DNA of 64,000 nt from Octopus vulgaris (Eukaryota): positions 67,704,001 through 67,768,000 of the forward strand of contig OX597816.1 in assembly GCA_951406725.2 (NCBI GenBank). Direction: 5' to 3'. Shown piece by piece: positions 55,731 to 64,000 of this stretch. Each line of letters opens with the position of its first letter. Within the stretch, counting starts at the first letter, position 1. The notes under the pieces are model-generated. The model did no database searches. It was given only the letters and a program-made list of their open reading frames with translations, and was not told the origin of the DNA. A program made the translations under genes and the position numbers.

Positions 55731-58700
55731 GGCGATGTATAATATGTAAAAATGTTCATTTTCAGCTACTTATAATGCATTCACCTTCTTTAAAATATTG
55801 TGCTAATTTTATTATGAAACTGATTTGGTACCCCGAGTTTGGGTATTGAGTTCTTTAGAAAATCGTAAAAAAATGGAGCTATATCACAGTAGAGTTAATC
55901 ATAGCACGGTGAATTGATTTTATTATCATCATAGAGATCCAAGATGAACTGAGCCAATGAGGCGAGCCTTAATGTCGTCACGCAGCCTACTTGAGATTAC
56001 AGTCAAACGAATTCAAATCTCAAAGCATATTTCGTTTGCAAGTTTTCTCTCGGACTTGATCTGGCACAATTTTCTAAAATGCCTTGAATCTAATTGCTGT
56101 TTACCCAAAGGTTACCCAAATATATCCCACCCATAACTCTTTTGTCTTTACATATAGGTAATGTTTTCAAACTACATCACTCAGGGTGTCCTTCTTAACC
56201 GCCCAACAAAACCCCACTCAGATTACACCCTACCTCCTATAAAAATAAAAGGAACGAGCACGTTAGATAATAGAACCCTAGGTACACAATATTTGAAATA
56301 AAAGATGACATGATTGCCACCAGAATGGCTAAGATAATATATCTGCTCAATCAAGGTTACCTAAGTTTTAAATAGCATAAAAACCCGCAGTTCAGATCAG
56401 TGCTATAAGAAAGAAGGCAAATTCGTATTGACCGGAACCTGTGATACGGTTTCAGTTCTCGATCGTCGTTATCCTTTCTTTACATAACAATTGGTCTTAG
56501 GAAAATAAAACTTTCTTATTTTGGCACAAGGTCGGAAATTTTGAGGAGAGGGGCGGCCGATAACATCGACTTGACTCGTACTTTATTTTATGAAATCCTG
56601 CCGAGGTTAACTTTGCCTGTCATCCTTTCAGATGACAGTCAATATTGATCTCGGCAGAATTCGACCTCAGAACATAAAGAACCAAAAGAAATGTTGCTAA
56701 GCATTTTGTTCGACGCGATGACAGCTTTACCTGCTCGCCACGTTTACTGGTTTAAAATTTTGGCACGAGGTCAAGAATTTTAGGGAGAGAGGTCAAGTTG
56801 ATTTCAATCAGTTCGAGCATCAGACTGGGATTTTTTTTTTTTTTTGTCGATTTCGACGGAATTTGATCTCAGGAAGCAAAGAGCTGAAAGAACTGCCGCT
56901 AAACATTTTGTACGACGCGCTAACGATTCTTTCAGCTGGTTGCCTTAAGTCTTGTAAAAACAACCAATGTCACAATCTGTCATATATAGTTCCTTATTAA
57001 TGTGAAGAGCAGTAAATTCTTTTCTGCTCTAGGCACAGGGCCCGAAATTTGGGGGGAGGGGTCCAACCGATTAGATCGACCTCAGTACGCAACTGGTACT
57101 TAATATATCGACCCGAAAGGATGAAAGGCAAAGACGACCTCAGCGGAATTTGAACTCAGAACGTAGCGGCAGACGAAATACCTATTTCTTTACTACCCAC
57201 AAGGGGCTAAACATGGGGAGAACAAACAAGGACAGACAAACGGATTAAGTCGATTATATCGACCCCAGTACGTAACTGATACTTATTTAATCAACCCCGA
57301 AAGGATGAAAGGCAAAGTCGACCTCGGCGGAATTTGAACTCAGAACGTAACGGCAGACGAAATACGGCTACGCATTTCGCCCGACGTGCTAACGATTCTG
57401 CCAGCTCGCCGCCTGTGAAGATTGGTAAATTAATGGAAGTATCTGGGTTATCAGTTCACAGATCAGCGATTGAAATCGGCTTCTCGTAATTTTTTATTTC
57501 TGTGTTTTCGTGCAGTACACTTTATTCTACGTTACCTGGCTTCACGTAGATGTCATAAACACGAGGGGACGCTGAAAAGTTCTTGGCTTTGGGTAAAAGA
57601 AAATACAGGAAGATCAGTTAATTATGATTTTATTGAAAATATTCCTCTCGCAGATTCACGCGCTTATTGAAGCGGTCCTTCAGTTTTTTATAAGCCATGT
57701 AATAGAACTCGAAAGTTTGGGCCTCCAACCAAGCCTTTCACGCCCCCCCCCCCTAAAGCCAGTTACTTTTCAGCATCCCTTCGTTCGTATGTACAAAGTA
57801 TCACCTAAAAATGTTCTGCTTTAGACCAGGATAAAGACCATAGGAGGATGCAGTCTAATGAAACATTAGATTTGCAACCTGGTTTTCATGTGTGTGTCTT
57901 TCAGCCTATTTCATGTTTTCACCCATCACTTGTATTCATGTTAGGTTTCGAAACGGAGATCTACTTCAAGGAAATGTAAACGAACGAATAGAAGCCACAG
58001 ATGTCTTATACATAGAACGAGTGACGGAGTTAGACGAAGCACAATACATGTGTGTTGTATACAAAGATTCAATGGCGTACTTCGATACAAAAAACCTCAC
58101 TATTGAGCCTACATGTCACTTACGTAAGTAACAGAACGATTTTATCTATTCACTTATATCTTACTAGCACTATACCCGGCAACGCCGGGTCATAGTGCTA
58201 GTGCATGCATATACAACTGCGTGCATGCCCACATACACGCGAGTACTGTCCAAATCTCCGACCAATCACATACAGCTAGCTGGCATTCAATTGGCGTATC
58301 AAGTTTCAGGCATTTTGATTGAGTTTTGGATAGAAAATTCACAAAAATGTCACTTCTACTGATTTTTTAATGGCGTTGCGGAGTGACTGGGGAAATGTAA
58401 AGATGTGCACGACCACCCTTGGACGGTTTTGAATGACCATAGAAAGTAGATTTGTATAAAGGATACACACACAGACAAACATTTTGCCGTTTATATATAT
58501 AGAGATATTACTTTTTAAGGACTAAGAGGGCTTGTGATAATATTAAGCATGTTCCTTTCCGTGTCAGTCGTGTACAGACAAATAATAAGAAATTAAGATG
58601 ACAAAGGAAGAAACAGTTATGTTATGGGCTTCATTCTGTTTCCGCTATAAGATGCAATGTTCTCATACTCGAGTTCTTGAGTATCACTCTATAGCCTCAT

Positions 58701-59819
58701 GGGAATTTCAAACATGATGGCACTTCATATTTGAAGCTCGGAAACTCTATGGTAATATCCAAGCGCTCAACTATGAGTGCATTGCTTATAACAGAAACAC
58801 ACGTAAGCTAATGCAGTTCATAACAATTGCGTATTCCTTTGAGTGATCGCCACTGATGATCTTTAATTCCAAGCGAAACTAGTTTGTTCATGTTGTGACA
58901 TCGCACGCTGTGGGTCGGTTATCTTCCCTGTCAGTACATAATCAATGTGCTTTTTGTGGCTATAAGGGTCTTTGACTCTTGTTTCTAGCAATGTAGGTGC
59001 TGTACTGCTCCTCAGTCACGATTAGTGACAATTGAATCTTTTCTTTTCAGTTATATAATCTTATGTGTATTTGATTTGCAGAAACGACACAACCTGTCAA
59101 TAGAAGTGTAATACATAGTGGTAACGTAGCTTTGAGATGTCCTGTAATCGCTACTAAAGGAGTTCGGTTTACTTGGCAAAAGGATGGACATCCATTGAAG
59201 ATGAACAAACGAAGATACGTAAGTGATATTCATTTTTCATGCTTGCTTACTCAATGTTGCTTTTTATTAGAAAGGCATCTTATCTCATGATAACAAAAAG
59301 TTTGTTTCATAAACACATGATTCCGGATTCAATCCCATTGCGCGGCACCGTGGGCAAGTGTCTTCTGCTACAGCACCAGGCCGACCAAAGCCTTGTGAGA
59401 GGATTTGGTAGACGGAAACTGAAAGAAGCACGTCGCGCGCGCGATGTAGTGACAGATACTTCGAAGTCACTGTTAAGACTATTCTGGTTAAAGACTCTAC
59501 AAAAAGATGTGAAATTGTTCATATACTGAACATAAAAACAAAAATTTACGTGTATATATATTTTCATATAAATACAGTGTACATTTAAACACTTAAGAGA
59601 TATCCGTCATAGGATTCCTTGCACGCTAGAAGGAACAGCTAAAGTCCAAACCACTTTAGCTGTTCTTTCTAGCGTGCAAGGAATCCTATGACAGATACCT
59701 CTTATGTGTTTAAATGTACACTGTATTTATATGAATAATATATAGTCTATTGACTAATTTTTCTACACGCTAGGCCACAGGTAGTAAAAATTTCTAAAAT
59801 CTTTATTACCCTGATATTA

Positions 59820-59873
<54 letters not shown>

Positions 59874-60398
59874 TGTATAAAATAGACCTGTCTGTGTGTG
59901 TGTGTGTTCGCTTTTCACGCGAAAACGGCTGCGCGAATTGCTTCCATACTCGGGATGCATAAATAATTTGACCTTGAATACCAGTTAAGCTCTTCAGCTT
60001 ATTTTATTATTAAAAATGAACAATATTGCTTTATATATGATTCATTTTTTTAAAAAAAGGTTTCGCATTGTCAACTTCTGGTATCGAGGTAGCAACGGCG
60101 AATTTTTCCATTTTCCTGTATTTCAAGTTTTAATTCGCTATTTGCAAACAACTACGATAAATTACTGAAAGAAATATATTTACTAAGTCGACAAATTTCG
60201 CTTGAATCTGCTCACTTCGTTAATTTCCGTAAAATGGTTTTACTAATGTACTTTTTGTGCGCCGTGTTCAACTCAATGTATTTGTTGTCAGTCACACACG
60301 CACATGCGTGTTTTTCTATGTACGTTTGTCTAGAGAAAGAAGGGGTGTGTTGTCATGCATAGGTACATAGATAAATGCGTATATCTTTTTTGTATGTA

Positions 60399-60430
<32 letters not shown>

Positions 60431-60583
60431 GAGAGAGTGATGTCTAAGTGGCACTCTCTCTCGCACACATACATACAAAAAGATGTATGCATATTTATGT
60501 ATGTATGCATACATGACAACACACCCCTTCACTCGCTCTCTCTCTCACACACACACACACACGTCCATTTCATCTGATGTTTG

Positions 60584-60631
<48 letters not shown>

Positions 60632-62059
60632 CGTGCGTGCGTGCATGCATGCAGCGTTCCACAATCGTAATTTATTTCAATCACTGTTGTGAAAGATATT
60701 CACGTAACTCATTTTTCTATTTAATCCCCCATTTTAATTTTCAAAAAAGTTTCCGAAGATGTAAATGATCAGTATTCAATAGCGAAGCAAAGACGAGTAC
60801 AGGTTGCCAGACTCAATGCTGACTTCTGCAACTCTGTTAACTCTATTAAGTATGTTAGCAAATATATAAACAAAAGTTTGGATGCTGCAACATAAACTCT
60901 TATGCCGAATGGCAGTCAGCAGATAAATAAAAAATGACGAAGTTGCACAGTATGACAGAGGAAGACACATCAGTACCAATGAGGCTTTTGGCGCATCTTC
61001 AATTTTCTCGTTCATGAGAGGCAGCCAGCCTTCATTCATCTGAGTGTCCATCTAGCTAGAGAATGGCCACAGGGTTATCTTTACAAAACAAACAGCCTTG
61101 CAATAAGCACGTTCTCCAAAAGAAACTACCCTTACTGCCTTTTTTTAAGCTGTGTCAAGTAGATGAAGATGCAAGAAAACTCCATTGCCCACAATTACTC
61201 AAGTATTACTCCTGGCGAAACAATAAATGGCACAAAAGGAAACGTGAGGTTGATGCTCTTGCAAGAGTTTACAGTGTCCACCCAAGCTAAGCAGAATACT
61301 ACTACTAACGGCCTCGTTAGCATGAAGTATCTGGTCCCAAAACATTCCAAGATTTGAGGAGGGTAAATGGTCATTTGTGTGAAACTTATAGGGAAGCATG
61401 CTATCGACAAGGTTTTTTAAGAAAATGATGAGCATTGGGACCTTGCATTGACTGAAGCATCAGTATTAGATTCTCCAAGGAAACTCCGTGACCTTTTTGC
61501 AATTATACAGAACATGTTTCAACTTGGCAGTCTCCTACAGCTTTTGATGAAACATCGTGAGGACCTGGCTGAGTATGCAGTTCAACAGGAAAATCCAGAT
61601 ATCAATAATCAGTTTTCCGAAACAATTTTTAATGAAGCACTGATTGAAACTGAGGATCAAGTTTTAGCCATGGAAGGCAAAAATTTGCTGAGTCTGGCTC
61701 TGGAGTGCTAAAAACAAACTTTCAAATTAATGATTTGACTTCAAGAAACAGTAAGAGAGACAACTTATGACATCAGAGTTGGCTGCATTTGTTAATGAAC
61801 ATGAACCTAAATTTCTTCCAGAATAACGTTGTGCATATAAAATTATTTCGTCAGTCAGAGAAAAAGTGAAGGAATTTTCTTCCTTGAGGCTCCTGGTGGC
61901 ACAGGTAAATCATTTCTAACAACGTTGCTTTTCTCCAAGATAAGGCAACAAAAAAGAATTAGAGTTGCTGTAGCATCGTCTGGCGTTGCTGCCACCAGTC
62001 TTCCAGGAGGACGGACAACTCATTCTGCTTTTAAATAAAAAAAATAAAAAATAAAACTA

Positions 62060-62123
<64 letters not shown>

Positions 62124-63687
62124 CTTTCTACTATAGGCACAAGGTTTAAAATTTTTGAGGAGGGACTATTCGATTAGATCGACCCCAGTGTTCATCTGGT
62201 ATTTATTTTATCGATCCCGTAATGATGAAAGGCAAAGTTGACCTCAATGGAATTTGAATTTATGACGTTAAACCGTTCACCATGGAAAATATAAACAGAA
62301 ACTTGTATTCTGAGTCATGCCCTACCCGAAAATGGGAGTTTTGTCGTCTACGTTGATGTGTGACCCCGAGCAACTTTGAAGTCGCGCCGAATAAATCAAC
62401 CCCAGTACATTTTGTGTTGTTTTTTTTTATTTTTTAGCATGGTACTTATTTTATCGGTGTCTTTTTACTGAAGTGCTAAGTTGCGGGGATAAACAAACCA
62501 ACACTGGTTGTCAAGCGGAGATAGGGGACAGACACAAATACAAAGACACATAGATATATTCGACTGGCTTCTTTTAGTTTCCGCCTACCACATCCACTTA
62601 CAAGTCTTTAGTCGACCCGGGGTTATTGTAGAAGTCACTTGCCCATGATATATATATATTGTTTTTTAATTATAGGCGCAGGCATGGTTTAGTGGTAGAA
62701 AGCTTGCTTCCGAACCATATCGTCTTGGGTTCAGTCCCATAGGCAAGTAAGTTCTACAATAACCCAGGGTCAACCAAAGCTTTGTGAGTGGATACGATAG
62801 GCGGAAACTATATTGTGGTGAATTTGGAATAGAATTATGGAACATTATCTTTGAGGTTGGAGGAATGGTACAATCAGTTTAGCGACACTGAAAATACCTC
62901 ATAATATTTGGTTAAGTCCTTTATGTTTTGAGTTCAAATCAAGCTGAAGACGAATTTAATTTTCATCATAAAATGAAGAACTGTCAAGAACTTCGTAACA
63001 AATTTATGCAGTTCTGTTTAATACCAGGAATCAATATAATTGATTGTATTTTGAGAATTTTTATCTTAATCTTTTCTTTTTTTTTTTATATTTTCATTAA
63101 CAGATTTATTCAAATTCTCTAATCTTCAAAGACGTAGAAGAAGTTGATAATGGAACGTACAAATGTTTAGCTGTCGGCCCAACAGAGTGTTCTGCGGCGG
63201 CTGAGATGTCACTAACTGTCAATTTCAAGCATAACCCTAATAAAGGTAAAGACTCATAAATCAATATTACAACGTGAAATTTTGTATGTCGCTGTATGAC
63301 ACTCATGCTGATTGACACACTAATTGATTGATTGACGGACTAACATCAAACGAACTGAGTGACAGGTGTGCGCGAGTATGTGAATGTGTGTGTGTGTGTA
63401 TGTGTGATTCTTTCTTTCCCCAAACCATTCCCGAACAGGGTTTAACATGATAGACTAGAATCTTTTAATGATATTTTCCCACTTAACTGGACTCTCGGAA
63501 TATTATATACTAAGAATAAACATTAGAAATATTATTTCGCTTACATAGTATTATATATTTTTTTCCAGTTTGTGGTAAAAACAGCATTACGAAAAACTCA
63601 GAAAACATAGAGGCAAAAATCAAGAGTGGATACCCGGCTGCACGAGGTTCTGCACCTTGGTTTGTGCTCTTCGTTAGATCAGCTACG
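33919..63687 (+). CDS. Multi-exon gene, 5' and 3' incomplete: CUB-CUB-EGF-EGF-Ig-Ig-trypsin-like serine protease (MASP/C1r-like modular protease)
   Basis: Twelve exons read by eye, all with AG/GT boundaries and mutually compatible phases, total 1646 nt. They translate without stops into recognisable CUB, EGF, Ig and chymotrypsin-fold N-terminal motifs. Confidence 0.92.
35335..35511 (+). mobile_element. Penelope-like GIY-YIG endonuclease C-terminal fragment
   Basis: [49 protein letters not shown] fits the PLE pattern S.L..H...H....IL.....R.I.E...I....P.LN. Confidence 0.65.
36321..36617 (-). mobile_element. Penelope-like repeat, inverted partner of 33450-33748
   Basis: Shared blocks such as ctatagcacttattcagcattacctgacacctttgggt in opposite orientation. 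Confidence 0.7.
36535..36586 (-). ncRNA. Minimal type-I hammerhead motif, second copy with imperfect stem II
   Basis: Reverse complement reads gtct-ccgatga-agggatattattaataaatctccta-gaaa-cagctg-ta-agac. Confidence 0.6.
36887..37119 (-). mobile_element. SINE family B, about 75 bp upstream of the second CUB exon
   Basis: Reverse complement of family B. Confidence 0.85.
37195..37300 (+). CDS. Exon: CUB1 middle ([35 protein letters not shown])
   Basis: ttctccag acceptor, gtaagt donor, classic CUB motif AP.G.RI.L.F.DFDLE...C.Y.YL.I.DG; phase 0 in, 1 out. Confidence 0.95.
37516..37925 (+). mobile_element. SINE family A
   Basis: Matches 8303-8792. Confidence 0.85.
39436..39941 (+). mobile_element. 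Non-autonomous Helitron
   Basis: A|TCtatatatataaaa 5' end, 3' hairpin cccgagcatcgccggg, CTAG|T end. Confidence 0.85.
40619..40822 (+). CDS. Exon: CUB1 C-terminal part plus linker ([29 protein letters not shown]...TGFLAQFSF...LEKAL)
   Basis: tccaccag acceptor, g|gttagt donor, CUB motif IGRYCG...SSG..L.LRF.S....GF.A.F; phase 1-1. Confidence 0.93.
41009..41460. mobile_element. Composite element: about 138-bp inverted arms with hammerhead-like cores around a tRNA-like head and (AAT)n
   Basis: 41009-41146 is the reverse complement of 41323-41460; each arm has (C/U)UGAAGA-A-GGCUG..CAGC(U/C)-GAAAC; central minus-strand A/B-box-like motifs (tggcatagg, gagttcgattcc). Confidence 0.75.
41537..41771. 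repeat. Imperfect foldback palindrome
   Basis: Nested inverted blocks: taataaacacagt/actgtgtttatta, taatagtttcatg/catgaaactatta, cattttataaca/tgttataaaatg. Confidence 0.75.
42405..42608 (+). CDS. Exon: CUB2 N-terminal part ([34 protein letters not shown]...[20 protein letters not shown])
   Basis: tgtttcag acceptor, g|gtaat donor, SPGYP..YP.N..C.Y.I and LE...C..DYV.V.DG motifs; phase 1-1. Confidence 0.95.
42849..43247 (+). mobile_element. SINE family A
   Basis: Full-length copy. Confidence 0.88.
43480..43630 (-). mobile_element. Short Penelope-like repeat with variant hammerhead core (other copies at about 6565-6695 minus, 11865-12015 plus, 23816-23968 minus)
   Basis: Four homologous copies of about 150 bp next to microsatellites, consensus cttt-ctgtaga-a-gagc-gtag-gctc-gaaa-cg-ta-aaag. 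Confidence 0.6.
46032..46400 (+). mobile_element. SINE family B, dimeric body
   Basis: Head at 46032; body repeats with a period of about 184 bp. Confidence 0.88.
46672..46806 (+). CDS. Exon: CUB2 C-terminal part ([44 protein letters not shown])
   Basis: ttttccag acceptor, a|gtaaat donor, motif L.KLC....SSG.SL.L.F.T....GF.ATY; phase 1-1. Too short for the ORF track. Confidence 0.93.
47747..47792 (+). CDS. Micro-exon (46 nt): EGF1 first half ([14 protein letters not shown])
   Basis: ctttttag acceptor, cg|gtaagt donor, C...C.NGG.C motif; phase 1 in, 2 out, matching the next exon. Confidence 0.9.
47825..48240 (+). mobile_element. SINE family B, dimeric body, about 30 bp after the EGF micro-exon
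   Basis: Two tandem bodies, each ending gtaaagaaata. Confidence 0.88.
48926..49316 (+). mobile_element. SINE family A
   Basis: Full-length copy. Confidence 0.88.
50699..51562. mobile_element. Mariner-derived palindromic element made of two head-to-head 5' ends
   Basis: TA|CGAGGGCTGATCAATAAGTATC terminus and its reverse complement at the right end. + arm encodes [20 protein letters not shown]; - arm encodes [19 protein letters not shown] and [11 protein letters not shown]...[15 protein letters not shown] (mariner WVP.L-like motif). Confidence 0.88.
51689..52081 (+). mobile_element. SINE family A
   Basis: Matches family A. Confidence 0.85.
53373..53526 (+). CDS. Exon: EGF1 second half plus EGF2 ([51 protein letters not shown])
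   Basis: atttcag acceptor, aag|gtgaga donor, two CxCxxGxxGxxC motifs; phase 2 in, 0 out. Confidence 0.95.
54250..54353 (+). CDS. Exon: Ig1 first half ([35 protein letters not shown])
   Basis: tacttcag acceptor, tg|gtaagt donor; B-strand Cys and C-strand Trp codon split across the intron; phase 0 in, 2 out. Confidence 0.88.
54635..55345 (-). mobile_element. RTE-clade LINE 3' fragment with (GAT)n tail
   Basis: Minus-strand [28 protein letters not shown] (RRLRWxGHVxRM motif); tail at about 54635. Confidence 0.8.
55370..55667 (-). mobile_element. SINE family C variant (same head, different 3' part)
   Basis: Head homologous to 1224; 3' region diverges after ctttcgcc..aa.t..tctcact. Confidence 0.7.
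57020..57414 (-). mobile_element. SINE family B, dimeric body
   Basis: Reverse complement of the 699-1093 arrangement. Confidence 0.85.
57561..57784. mobile_element. Mariner-type MITE with about 28-bp terminal inverted repeats
   Basis: acgaggggacgctgaaaagttcttggct / agccagttacttttcagcatcccttcgt. Confidence 0.7.
57945..58123 (+). CDS. Exon: Ig1 second half ([40 protein letters not shown]...[10 protein letters not shown])
   Basis: atgttag acceptor, c|gtaagt donor, WFRNG and L.I..V...D.A.Y.C Ig motifs; phase 2 in, 1 out. Confidence 0.93.
58164..58505 (-). mobile_element. Non-autonomous Helitron, 40 bp downstream of an Ig exon
   Basis: Minus-strand A|TCtctatatatataaacggc 5' end similar to 27292; cccggc/gccggg hairpin and CTAG|T at 58164-58167. 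Confidence 0.82.
59082..59218 (+). CDS. Exon: Ig2 first half ([45 protein letters not shown])
   Basis: tttgcag acceptor, c|gtaagt donor, I-set motif QP.N.SV..G.V.L.C...W.KDG; phase 1 in, 0 out. Confidence 0.93.
59555..59744. repeat. Long near-perfect palindrome (about 91-bp arms, 7-nt loop ccaaacc)
   Basis: ...ataggattccttgcacgctagaaggaacagctaaagt-ccaaacc-actttagctgttctttctagcgtgcaaggaatcctat... Confidence 0.92.
60770..62036 (+). pseudogene. Decayed Helitron RepHel (Rep C-terminus and PIF1-type helicase) inside an intron
   Basis: Fragments [67 protein letters not shown] (Walker A), [23 protein letters not shown]; many stops and frameshifts. Confidence 0.92.
63104..63245 (+). CDS. Exon: Ig2 second half ([47 protein letters not shown])
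   Basis: Long polypyrimidine tract plus aacag acceptor, g|gtaaag donor, SL.F..V...D.GTY.C motif; phase 0 in, 1 out. Confidence 0.94.
63569..63687 (+). CDS. Exon: activation linker and start of trypsin-like protease domain ([17 protein letters not shown]|[23 protein letters not shown])
   Basis: ttttccag acceptor, acg|gtaaga donor; CG upstream of a K-I..G activation site followed by A..GSAPW.V, typical of the S1A protease N-terminus; phase 1 in. Confidence 0.88.
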
Positions 63688-64000
63688 GTAAGAGAGAAAA
63701 TAAAAAAATTATATTCATTTTCTTATATTTTTGGTTTATCATGTTAAAAGAACAAGTATTTGGAATTCGGAATATCGAAAAAGAATTAGGGTTAAGGGAA
63801 CCATTTGAATGTTAGGGAAAGTATCTTTCCTCCTTCTGAGATCCATCCATCTTCCCCGCTCACTTATCCTTGAGAAGTCTTGGAGGTAGAGTCTTCAGAA
63901 CTTCCTCCATGAGGTCATATGCGAAGCAGCCGTCATTAAACTTGCCTGGCGGATTCTTAAACATGACCAACTGAAGCTAAGAACATTATCCAACCAACTC

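Noticed and set aside
63785-63820. TTAGGG-like motifs
   Set aside because: Only isolated units; not a telomeric array.

Overview
AT-rich, microsatellite-dense eukaryotic genomic DNA. The SINE/LINE landscape looks like an octopod cephalopod (inference, not a database match). Almost every ORF in the supplied track is a translation of simple repeats or of SINEs. One real gene is present: a + strand, multi-exon gene from at least 33919 to beyond the window end. Twelve GT-AG exons join with consistent phases into about 548 codons with the architecture CUB-CUB-EGF-EGF-Ig-Ig-[CG...K|IKSG trypsin-type protease start]. This is a MASP/C1r-like modular protease with Ig domains where vertebrate MASPs have CCP domains. 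Its 5' exon(s) could not be identified and its catalytic exons lie outside the window. The rest is transposon debris: three tRNA-derived SINE families, RTE-type and REL-endonuclease LINE fragments, three short non-autonomous Helitrons plus a decayed RepHel, a Helentron/DINE-like element, mariner/pogo MITEs (one built from two head-to-head 5' ends), and several Penelope-like repeats carrying minimal type-I hammerhead ribozyme motifs. Two of those hammerhead repeats form an inverted pair bracketing the first CUB exon. Local inverted duplications and long hairpins recur through the window. Repeat boundaries were read by eye and may be off by a few bases.
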